Part shown: one piece after another, positions 6,091 to 13,650 of the stretch
Layout: each line of letters starts with the position of its first letter
Numbering within the stretch: position 1 is the stretch's first letter
Assembly: GCA_964479375.1 (NCBI GenBank)
Contig: CAYZKD010000002.1
Span: 46,100 to 68,522, forward strand
Direction: 5' to 3'
From: an uncultured Candidatus Saccharibacteria bacterium
GTDB taxonomy: Bacteria > Patescibacteriota > Minisyncoccia > Minisyncoccales > GWA2-38-27
Length of the DNA: 22,423 nt
Translations under genes and position numbers: made by a program
The notes under the pieces: model-generated
Database searches by the model: none
What the model was told of the DNA's origin: nothing
Seen by the model: the letters and a program-made list of their open reading frames with translations, nothing else

Positions 6091-7455
6091 ATGAACACCC
6101 AAGAAACTTGGCAAGCAGTTCTTGCCCAAATTCAACTAGATATTACTTCTACCAGTTATTCTACGTGGTTCAAGAATACTTCTCTGAAGGATGTCAAAAA
6201 AGGCAAGGCTGTAGTATCTGTTCCTAATTCTTTTGTGAAAGAATGGTTAGCAAATAAATACCATAGAAAAATCTTTAAAATACTATATAATCTAGACAGC
6301 AATATTAAAAAAGTAGAATATGCAGTAGCGGAGAAAAGAAAAAGGGAGGAACAGCCCCAGATAGAGCAGAACGTACTGCCAAGAGAAGAAGAGTCTCAGC
6401 TGGGATTCCGCGCTTTCCAAGTTAATAAAGACACTAATTTAAATCCTAAATATACTTTTGACTCTTTCGTGGTAGGCCCCTTTAACGAGCTTCCCCATGC
6501 TGCGACTCAAGTAGTAGCAGAAAAGCCGGGCTCTGTTTATAATCCTCTTTTTCTTTACGGAGGAGTAGGCCTGGGAAAAACCCACCTCCTCCAGGCCACG
6601 GGAAATAAGATCAACCAGTGCTTTCCAAAGAAAAAGATAAAATATATCTCCTCGGAAAAGTTCACCAGCGAAGTAATCGGCGCCATTAAAAACCAAAAGG
6701 CAGACCTCTTCAAGGCCAAGTACCGGGCTTTCGATGTTTTAATAATAGATGATGTACAATTTTTGGCCGGGAAAGAAAAGACTCAGGAAGAGTTTTTCCA
6801 TATCTTTAATATTTTGTACGAAAAAAATAAGCAGATAATAATTTCCTCGGACAGGCCCCCAAAATCCATCCACTCTTTGGCAGAAAGGCTAAGATCGCGC
6901 TTCGAAGGAGGGATGATAGCAGATATAAGCGCCCCAGACTATGAAACCAGGGTGGCGATTTTAGAAGCCAAGGCCCAAGAAAGAAACCAGGCCTTTCCTA
7001 AAGAAATTTATGAGTATATTGCCTCTGTGATCCAGAGGAATATAAGGGAGTTGGAGGGAGCGCTAAACCGCCTCATTATCTACCAAAAAATAAACGCCAA
7101 AAAGCCTGACTTAGAGGTGACTAAAAATTTGCTCAAAAACCTAATTTTCTCCCCCACCCAAGTAGCCACCCCTAAAAAAATTATCCAAGAAGTAGCAGGC
7201 TTTTATGACTTAAAGGAAGGGGATTTGCTGACAAGCTCAAGAAAAAAGGAAATCGTAAAACCGCGGCAGGTGGCTATGTATTTATTAAGAAAAGAGTTAA
7301 ATAGTTCCTTTCCTTTCATCGGCAGAAGGTTCAGCGGAAAAGACCATACAACAGCGATCCATTCCTATAAAAAAATTGCAAGAGATCTGGAAGACAATAA
7401 AAATTTAGAGGAAGAAATATCTTTGATAAAAGAGAGGGTTTTTAATAGCAGTTAA
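6091..7455 (+). CDS. dnaA: Chromosomal replication initiator protein DnaA
   Basis: Walker A 'GGVGLGKTHLLQATGN'. The AAA+ box 'VLIIDDVQFL'. A C-terminal DNA-binding helix-turn-helix region '...VAMYLLRKELNSSFPFIGRRFSGKDHTTAIHSYKKI'. Position between rpmH and dnaN. Confidence 0.95.
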   Translation: MNTQETWQAVLAQIQLDITSTSYSTWFKNTSLKDVKKGKAVVSVPNSFVKEWLANKYHRKIFKILYNLDSNIKKVEYAVAEKRKREEQPQIEQNVLPREEESQLGFRAFQVNKDTNLNPKYTFDSFVVGPFNELPHAATQVVAEKPGSVYNPLFLYGGVGLGKTHLLQATGNKINQCFPKKKIKYISSEKFTSEVIGAIKNQKADLFKAKYRAFDVLIIDDVQFLAGKEKTQEEFFHIFNILYEKNKQIIISSDRPPKSIHSLAERLRSRFEGGMIADISAPDYETRVAILEAKAQERNQAFPKEIYEYIASVIQRNIRELEGALNRLIIYQKINAKKPDLEVTKNLLKNLIFSPTQVATPKKIIQEVAGFYDLKEGDLLTSSRKKEIVKPRQVAMYLLRKELNSSFPFIGRRFSGKDHTTAIHSYKKIARDLEDNKNLEEEISLIKERVFNSS

Positions 7456-7661
7456 ATATATGTGGAAAAGAAGAGGGAATTTATCGGGAAAAGGAGGGGA
7501 TAAAAACAAGGAGCGAGCAAATATCAAAGATTTTCTCTGTTTATTAACATATTAATCCACTATTAAATAATAAAAAAGAGACCGTTATTCCAACTCAAAA
7601 TCGCTACTTATCCCCAGAATCCCCGCCCACTAATAATAGTAATAAAAATATAATAATTATT
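7456..7661. other. Candidate oriC: the dnaA-dnaN intergenic region carries DnaA-box-like 9-mers and an AT-rich candidate unwinding element
   Basis: TGTGGAAAA (7461-7469) and TTATCCCCA (7608-7616) each differ by 1 mismatch from TGTGGATAA/TTATCCACA. Weaker box-like 9-mers occur near 7494 (GGGGATAAA) and 7551 (TAATCCACT). A 33-nt run 'ctaataatagtaataaaaatataataattatta' lies immediately upstream of dnaN. No comparably good boxes were seen in the rpmH-dnaA spacer. Confidence 0.4.
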
Positions 7662-8795
7662 ATGAAACTATCAATACCCCAAGAAAAACTTAAAAAAGGT
7701 TTGGCCGTTGTTGAAAGAATAGCCTCTAAGTCCTTGACTCTGCCCATTTTAAATAATGTGTTGCTTTCTGTAGAAAAAAACCTTTTAAATATAGCGGCCA
7801 CCGATCTGGAAATCGGAATTCGGTGGTGGGGGCTGGCTAAGGCAGAAAAACAGGGGAAAATAACAGTTCCATCTAATATTTTGTCCAGTTTTGTGGGATT
7901 ACTTCCTAACCAAAAGATAAATTTAGACGAAAAAGAGAACGTTTTGTCGGTAAGTTGCGGAGACAGGAAAACCCAAATCAAAGGATTGCCTGCTGACGAT
8001 TTCCCTATAATTCCCAGAATAGGGGAAGGAGAGACGGTTTCTTTAGACGCGCCGGCTTTCTGTGCTAGCTTGTCACAGGTTGCAGATATTGTTTCTTATT
8101 CTACGAGCCGGCCGGAAATATCCGGAGTATTTTTAAGTTTTCAAAAAGATCTTTTAACCATGGCCGCCACAGACAGTTTTCGTTTGGCAGAAAAAAAGGT
8201 CTCTCTTAAAAAGAATAAAACTCCCCTAAAAAGAGAATATTCTTTGATTGTTCCTCAAAAAACCGCCAAAGAAATAATTAATATCTTCGGGGAGGAAGAA
8301 AAAACAATTAAAGTTTATTTCTCTCCCAACCAAGTAATGTTTGAATCTCTAATGGAGGAAACCGACCATCCCCGGATCCAGGTTATTTCCAGGCTGATGG
8401 AGGGAGAATACCCCAGTTACCAGGAAATTATTCCGGAAAGCTACAAGACACAGGCCGTTTTAAACAAAACAGAGTTTCTTAACCAAATAAAAGCCGCCAG
8501 CCTTTTTAGCGGCAAAACAAACGAGATCAACGTTAAGACTGATTCTAAAAAGGAAAAGATTAGGATTGTCAGCCAGAGCTCTGAAATAGGAGAATATAAT
8601 TCTGAAATTAAGGCAGAAATAAAAGGAAAAGCAGTAGATGTTGCCTTTAACCATAAATTTTTATTGGACGGCTTGGCCAAAATTAAAAGCTCTGAAATAA
8701 TTTTTGAATTCAACGAGGACTCAGGTCCCGGCGTAATAAAGCCCGTAGGAGACAATACTTATATATATGTAGTAATGCCCATCAAGGCAAGTTAA
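7662..8795 (+). CDS. dnaN: DNA polymerase III beta sliding clamp
   Basis: The N-terminus 'MKLSIPQEKLKKGLAVVERIASKSLTLPILNNVLLSVEKNLLNIAATDLEIGIR' is typical of DnaN. Length about 377 aa with a three-domain organisation. It lies directly downstream of dnaA. Confidence 0.9.
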   Translation: MKLSIPQEKLKKGLAVVERIASKSLTLPILNNVLLSVEKNLLNIAATDLEIGIRWWGLAKAEKQGKITVPSNILSSFVGLLPNQKINLDEKENVLSVSCGDRKTQIKGLPADDFPIIPRIGEGETVSLDAPAFCASLSQVADIVSYSTSRPEISGVFLSFQKDLLTMAATDSFRLAEKKVSLKKNKTPLKREYSLIVPQKTAKEIINIFGEEEKTIKVYFSPNQVMFESLMEETDHPRIQVISRLMEGEYPSYQEIIPESYKTQAVLNKTEFLNQIKAASLFSGKTNEINVKTDSKKEKIRIVSQSSEIGEYNSEIKAEIKGKAVDVAFNHKFLLDGLAKIKSSEIIFEFNEDSGPGVIKPVGDNTYIYVVMPIKAS

Positions 8796-8817
8796 AAACC
8801 CAAAAATGTTTTTTGTT

Positions 8818-8845
8818 AAAACCCCTTTATTAAGGGGTTTTTCTG
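8818..8845 (+). terminator. Rho-independent terminator after dnaN
   Basis: Hairpin aaaacccctt-tatt-aaggggtttt followed by a T-rich tract, 23 nt after the dnaN stop. Confidence 0.6.
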
Positions 8846-8953
8846 TTATAAATAATCCAAATGTCGCCTCTAATAGTTGAGCAAGATGTCTCTTAGAAGA
8901 GCAAGTCAGAGGTAGGTTAATTGTTAATTACCTGTTTTTAATAATGTGGGAAG

Positions 8954-8985
8954 AAATGTGGGAGGCCCGTCCTCCCACATTTTTC
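8954..8985 (+). terminator. Perfect 12-bp inverted repeat with a 5-nt loop followed by TTTTT. It is a second intrinsic terminator or an operator abutting the -35 box of the downstream promoter.
   Basis: aaatgtgggagg-cccgt-cctcccacattt, then tt. The core gtgggagg pairs with cctcccac. There is also a direct repeat atgtggg(N5)atgtggg at 8943-8962. Confidence 0.45.
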
Positions 8986-9014
8986 TTGACAAAAATATGT
9001 TTGTGTAATATAAT
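8986..9014 (+). promoter_or_regulatory. Near-consensus sigma70 promoter (TTGACA, 17 nt spacer, TATAAT) upstream of the SPFH gene
   Basis: TTGACA at 8986-8991 and TATAAT at 9009-9014 with an exact 17-nt spacer. The ATG is at 9072. Confidence 0.55.
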
Positions 9015-9071
9015 AAAGGTACCAAGAAATGGTTTCTTGGATAGAACCTTGACAAAAGAAAGGACAGAAAA

Positions 9072-10388
9072 ATGAGACGCGGATGGATTTTGACAATCTC
9101 TCTTGCCCTAGAGGCATCTTTGATCGGATTGACTTTCTGGATTCTCTTTCCCCTCACCGTGATCGGAGGGGCTATAGCAGCAGTGTTCTCTTTCGCGGTG
9201 GCCCCCTTTTTGTTAGTCTACTTTTGGTGGGCTCCGAACAACCTTTTTTTTACTTTTGTGCGGGAGGGGACGGTAAAAATTATTGTCAAAGCTCATCAAT
9301 TTCACAGGGCCCTAATTCAGTTTAAGGGATATACCCTTGATGATCCCGGAACAACGGTTAATGTGGTACCTGCCGGGAAATGGCTTGATGGAGAGACCCT
9401 GGAAGAGTTAGAGGTAGTAGGGTCCCCCATTGACGAAGATAAAGGAATCTTGAAAATAAGAAAGAAATTTCATTTGCAAAGAAAAAAAAGAGTGGTAGAA
9501 AAAACAATGGAAAAAACAGTAAGAGGCGCTAAAAGGTTTAAAGAAAGACGACACCTTCTTGGTGGGTTGAGATTCTACGGATTCCCTTTGCCTTGGCCCA
9601 TTACCGACGTGTTTACCTATGAGTTCCAATGGACCGGAGTAAAAGAGAACGGCGAACTTGAACCCCATCCTCAAGAAACCCTCGATTATATTATGGTGAA
9701 AGACGATGTCTATGGTTGTAAAATTGAGCGAGCCGAAGATAAGGAGTTGATGCCCCTAGACGTTGAATTAATCTTAACGGCAAGAATTATTAACCCTTAT
9801 AAGGCTCTGTTCGCCGTAGAGAATTGGTTTGAGACGCTTATCAACCGAACCAGACCTTTTGTACGAGATTTTATTACTACGGGAACCTACGAAGAGTTTA
9901 CCAGTAAGCCAACCAGGATAGAGGTTGGGGTTTTCTCTCGCTTAAGAGAAGAAGGAATCTTGGATGAGCTTCAAAATCGTTACGGAATAGAACTAAGAAG
10001 AATTGAGGTTAACGACATTAATCCCGTTGAGCAGTTCCGAGAAGCTACTATGCAGCAAGTTCTTGCTCGGAGAGAAAGGGAGCAGATTTTGACTCGAGCC
10101 GACGCAGAAAGACAGCGGCTGGAAACCGTTGCCAGGGGGGAGAGCCAGAGGATCCAAAGGATCTATGGACAAGTCCGGCGATTCGGAGATCTTGGAAAAT
10201 TGGTGCGAACTCTTGAAGCATTAGAAAAATCTCCTGAGCAAGGAGCAAAGTGGGTTATCCCAATTCCCGGAATGACCAATCTTCTTTCTTCGCTCTTCCC
10301 GGGGAAGGATATTTCCTCGCTTTCTCCAGAAGATATAAGAGATCTTCGGGAGCTTGTTGAAGCGGCTCGCCGAGATCGTGAGGGATAA
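9072..10388 (+). CDS. SPFH/band-7 (stomatin/prohibitin/flotillin/HflKC-like) membrane protein, 438 aa
   Basis: Two N-terminal transmembrane helices. The C-terminal region 'ELRRIEVNDINPVEQFREATMQQVLARREREQILTRADAERQRLETVARGESQRIQRIYGQ' shows the characteristic SPFH-domain pattern of a coiled coil with an A/E/R-rich helix. Confidence 0.65.
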   Translation: MRRGWILTISLALEASLIGLTFWILFPLTVIGGAIAAVFSFAVAPFLLVYFWWAPNNLFFTFVREGTVKIIVKAHQFHRALIQFKGYTLDDPGTTVNVVPAGKWLDGETLEELEVVGSPIDEDKGILKIRKKFHLQRKKRVVEKTMEKTVRGAKRFKERRHLLGGLRFYGFPLPWPITDVFTYEFQWTGVKENGELEPHPQETLDYIMVKDDVYGCKIERAEDKELMPLDVELILTARIINPYKALFAVENWFETLINRTRPFVRDFITTGTYEEFTSKPTRIEVGVFSRLREEGILDELQNRYGIELRRIEVNDINPVEQFREATMQQVLARREREQILTRADAERQRLETVARGESQRIQRIYGQVRRFGDLGKLVRTLEALEKSPEQGAKWVIPIPGMTNLLSSLFPGKDISSLSPEDIRDLRELVEAARRDREG

Positions 10389-10406
10389 AACTTTCTAAAT
10401 TTAAAT

Positions 10407-10438
10407 AAAAGGAAGCCAATAAACTGACTTCCTTTTTT
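10407..10438. terminator. Bidirectional intrinsic terminator between the convergent SPFH gene and the 754-aa membrane-protein gene
   Basis: The stem aaaaggaag / cttcctttt has A-run and T-run flanks and sits between convergent stops at 10388 and 10446. The loop is about 12 nt, which is longer than typical and lowers confidence. Confidence 0.4.
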
Positions 10439-10445
10439 TATTTCT

Positions 10446-12710
10446 CTAACTTCTTTTTGACGTCCCGGCGGGCGGGCTCGGGGGTCTCTTGGACACCCCG
10501 CTGGGGCGTTTTCTCTCCTTCTTTTGCCTCCTTCTCTCCTCCTTTTGCCTCTTTTTTTTCTCCTTTGCGGTCTCTTCTTCCGCTTCCTCCTCCTGCCCCT
10601 CTTTTGCCCCTCTCGCTTCTTTTGCCTTTTCAATTTCGAACTTAGCGCCAGGCGTCAACTGGATTCCCGCGGCTTCTCCGGGCGTGCTAGAGGTCTCTCC
10701 TCCTCCTGTTTTTGTATCCCAAGGGGCCTGCCAGCCTGTTTGTTCCATCCTTTTGTCGTCTAAGGCCTTGAAATAACGCGGATCGGCCCCTTTATTTCCT
10801 CTTTTAAGGTATTCCTTATAGGCGTCTTGCTTTTCTTGGTTGTTTTTGTCAAAGAGATCTTCCGCGTGCTTTGTTAAGAAATTATTATAAGCCCGGCCCA
10901 TCCCCTCATGAGCTGCATCTTGCCCTCCTTTGACCTCATCGTTTATCTTAAGCCATCTATTCCTGTCAAATTTTTGCATAGCCGCCTCTGCTACTGCCGG
11001 GTCTTTCAGGGCGCCAGGATCCCAATTTTTAATATGCTGGGCTCTGGCCTCGTTAACTGCTTTTCTGATTGCGTCTTCTTTTGTGTTTATCCCCTTCTCT
11101 GGATTCTTTTTATATCCTCCGATACCGTGGGCGAACGCAATTTCAGCAAAACGGGGGTCGCCTCTAGTAATAGCATTAAGCTCGCCTCCGTTTTTAGCAA
11201 CCCTTAGCAAAGAGGCGGTCCCTTTGCGGAATTTTTCATTTTTGAATAATTCAGCAGTGTCTCCGGCTTTATATCTTTCTTGGGCGACCCTGAGCCAATC
11301 ATCGGCGTCTCCCCGGTTTACAGCAGTGAGCAATCCGGCTGTGGCCCTTTCTTTGGTAAAGGGTCTTCCTGTCTTAAACTTTCCGGGGACGGAGGCCTTG
11401 GCTATGTTTTCTGTAGACATATAATCCATTCCTTTTTGCTCTTCTTGAAGGCTTGGCTTTGTTTCAGCCACCCTTCTAAGATCCTCTGGTATGGCATGTC
11501 TTAAGAAAGGAACCTTTTGGGCCCCACTTACTATTCCCCCTGCTACTTTCCTCGTCGCTCTGTTATGCACAAGCCTTCTTTTAATCCCCCCTCCTACTTT
11601 CTTGCCTGCGGCCCTTGCCCCTCTTTTTCCTAATCCTTTCCCCATGTTGATTATAGAGGAAGCTCCTATCGCAGACGTTTGAAGTCCGAAGACTAGGCCT
11701 ATGCCGAGAAAAACGATAGGAACTGCATGTATCATCATAGCTGCGCCCAGTGTGCTTCCCGGATTGCTGAGATAGTTAATTCCCGTTTCAGCAAACTTTT
11801 CTGCGAGATAAAGAAAAAAACCGCATGTTATTCCGACGATTGACCATTGGAGAAATTGTTTTATCCAAAAATCCCAAAAACTACGAGTTGTGGGGAGAAC
11901 GTAAGAAGCGAAAGCGATAGGAGACAAAATAACCAGTATCCAAATTACTATATACCGCGCCAAAAAGAGGGCAGCGAAGATCATATAAACGAGAGCAGAT
12001 ATAATATAAACTGTGCCCAACGTCGCCATTTTCATTACTGCATTGACCAACTTCTCTCTGTCTTTGAAATTTCCCCAAACCTCCTTCTTTAAATCATTAA
12101 AAGTACTTTCGGTTCTCGAAAAAAAGTTTTCTCCCGGGGACATGCCCTGAATGAAAAAATTCATTACAATATTAGAAGCGTCTACTATCAGACCGCATAT
12201 AACGGGAGCGAAGTTTACTAAAAGAGCGACAATGACAAAAGTGACTAAAAGTTTTTTAGTTTGGTACCCCGCCAAATTGAGGATGGTAGCCATAGCGATA
12301 AATACAAGCACCAAAATAAGGACCATATTGACAAAGCCCTGAGTGATTTGCAAGCCGAGACCGATCATGGGATTTGTGGCGGGGTTAGTGTATCCTACGT
12401 TTCCAATAAAATCAGGGCTTAGGATCCATTTAAGTATAGCCATGGCGAGATCTGCCGAGAGAAAGGCAAGCACTCCAAAAAACCAGAAGGCGGTTCCGAG
12501 AAGGGAAAGACCGAGGCTCAGAAGCCCCTCTATGGCAGAAGTGAAAGTAGAGGCGGCGGTTTCCTTTACCCTTCCCTCCAGGTCCCACCAGGCAGCAGCG
12601 TGCGCTTCGTCAACAGGGAAAAGAGCGATAAAGGAGACGACAATTATTAGAATAAAGAAGCCCTTGTTTCTATAAATAAAAGAAAAGAGTTTTTTTGTTT
12701 TTCCTTTCAT
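10446..12710 (-). CDS. Polytopic membrane protein with about 8 transmembrane helices, a 400-aa hydrophilic domain and a polybasic/acidic low-complexity tail. It is a candidate VirB6/TrbL-like or novel envelope component.
   Basis: N-terminal transmembrane/signal segment GFFILIIVVSFIALFPV. About 7 further hydrophobic helices follow, for example MVLILVLVFIAMATILNL, LLVTFVIVALLVNFAPVICGLIV, YIISALVYMIFAALFLARYIVIWILVILSPIAFASYVL and AVPIVFLGIGLVFGL. After roughly residue 350 comes a long soluble region ending in ...EEEAEEETAKEKKKRQKEERRRQKKERKRPSGVSKRPPSPPAGTSKRS. I recognise no catalytic motif. The architecture of multiple transmembrane helices plus a large C-terminal domain resembles Gram-positive TcpH/VirB6-type proteins. 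That is inference only. Confidence 0.6.
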   Translation of the reverse strand: MKGKTKKLFSFIYRNKGFFILIIVVSFIALFPVDEAHAAAWWDLEGRVKETAASTFTSAIEGLLSLGLSLLGTAFWFFGVLAFLSADLAMAILKWILSPDFIGNVGYTNPATNPMIGLGLQITQGFVNMVLILVLVFIAMATILNLAGYQTKKLLVTFVIVALLVNFAPVICGLIVDASNIVMNFFIQGMSPGENFFSRTESTFNDLKKEVWGNFKDREKLVNAVMKMATLGTVYIISALVYMIFAALFLARYIVIWILVILSPIAFASYVLPTTRSFWDFWIKQFLQWSIVGITCGFFLYLAEKFAETGINYLSNPGSTLGAAMMIHAVPIVFLGIGLVFGLQTSAIGASSIINMGKGLGKRGARAAGKKVGGGIKRRLVHNRATRKVAGGIVSGAQKVPFLRHAIPEDLRRVAETKPSLQEEQKGMDYMSTENIAKASVPGKFKTGRPFTKERATAGLLTAVNRGDADDWLRVAQERYKAGDTAELFKNEKFRKGTASLLRVAKNGGELNAITRGDPRFAEIAFAHGIGGYKKNPEKGINTKEDAIRKAVNEARAQHIKNWDPGALKDPAVAEAAMQKFDRNRWLKINDEVKGGQDAAHEGMGRAYNNFLTKHAEDLFDKNNQEKQDAYKEYLKRGNKGADPRYFKALDDKRMEQTGWQAPWDTKTGGGETSSTPGEAAGIQLTPGAKFEIEKAKEARGAKEGQEEEAEEETAKEKKKRQKEERRRQKKERKRPSGVSKRPPSPPAGTSKRS

Positions 12711-12746
12711 TAAACTATTATAACTAACAAAAAAAGAAAATAAAAG

Positions 12747-13556
12747 TTAATATGTTTTAGCCAGTCTTGCCCAGTCTCTAATAGACAGGCCCTCTGCTCT
12801 TTTAGAAAAGGAAATGTCGCTTTTCTCGAGCCAGCGCCTTGCATGATCTTTTTCTAATTTTAACTCTTTTGCCAGATTGTTGGCAAGTTGTTTTCTCGGC
12901 TGGGAAAAGCCAGCTTTTGCTACGCGGAAAAACTTGTCATTAAATCCTGGGCTTCCCCTTTGTTTGTCCGGTTTTATTTTTAAGATAGCGGTGTCTATTT
13001 TAGGTTGGGGCAAAAAAGAGGATTTTTTTACATAGGATATTATTTTAGGAGAGGCATAGAATTGGACAGAAACCGCTAAAAGGTTCATTTTGGGGGGCTT
13101 GGCGCATATTCTCCGGGCTAATTCCTTTTGGACAAGAAGGGTCATGTCTTGCGGCTTGTTTCTGCTTTCTAAAAATTTCCTTATTGCGGGGTTGGCAAGA
13201 CAAAACGGCAGGTTGCCCACTGCTTTGTATCTCTTAAGATTCTGCAAATTAAAAGAAAGGATGTCGCCGTGATAAATCTGGAGATTTTTGAGACCCTCTA
13301 TCTTCTTTTGGAGAAAAGTTACCATTTTAGGATCTTTTTCCACAGCAACCACTTTTTTGGCTTTTTCGCAAAGGGAGCGGGTTAGGGCTCCGGCTCCCGG
13401 TCCTATCTCCAAAACAGTGTCTTTTAAAGAAACTTCTGCGGCGGTTATTATTTTAGATACGGCTTTTTTATCTATTAGAAAATACTGCCCTAGTTTTTTA
13501 GAGGGCCCGGAGTTCCCGAGAGCTTCTTTTGCTTGTCTTTTCAAATCGGAGGCCAT
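12747..13556 (-). CDS. rsmA: 16S rRNA (adenine1518/1519-N6)-dimethyltransferase
   Basis: 'LGQYFLIDKKAVSKIITAAEVSLKDTVLEIGPGAGALTRSL' matches the KsgA/RsmA GQNFL...VlEIGpG.GaLT SAM-binding signature. Length 269 aa. Confidence 0.9.
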   Translation of the reverse strand: MASDLKRQAKEALGNSGPSKKLGQYFLIDKKAVSKIITAAEVSLKDTVLEIGPGAGALTRSLCEKAKKVVAVEKDPKMVTFLQKKIEGLKNLQIYHGDILSFNLQNLKRYKAVGNLPFCLANPAIRKFLESRNKPQDMTLLVQKELARRICAKPPKMNLLAVSVQFYASPKIISYVKKSSFLPQPKIDTAILKIKPDKQRGSPGFNDKFFRVAKAGFSQPRKQLANNLAKELKLEKDHARRWLEKSDISFSKRAEGLSIRDWARLAKTY

Positions 13557-13604
13557 TGTATTATCTTACCTTGTTTTTAAAGAAAGTATTGTGGAAAAGG
13601 ACGC

Positions 13605-13632
13605 TTGACTTGTTTTGTAATAAGAATATCAT
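13605..13632 (+). promoter_or_regulatory. Putative sigma70 promoter (TTGACT, 16 nt spacer, TATCAT) for the LysM-M23 peptidase gene, divergent from rsmA
   Basis: TTGACT at 13605-13610 and TATCAT at 13627-13632. The ATG is at 13651. Confidence 0.3.
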
Positions 13633-13650
13633 AGAAAAATAGTAGAAACT

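Noticed and set aside
10163-10633. Minus-strand 156-aa ORF encoding an extremely basic RKKR-repeat protein
   Set aside because: It is an alternative reading frame of the GC/CT-rich 3' end of the 754-aa gene and overlaps the 3' end of the SPFH gene. The low-complexity translation is typical of phantom ORFs in purine/pyrimidine-biased DNA.
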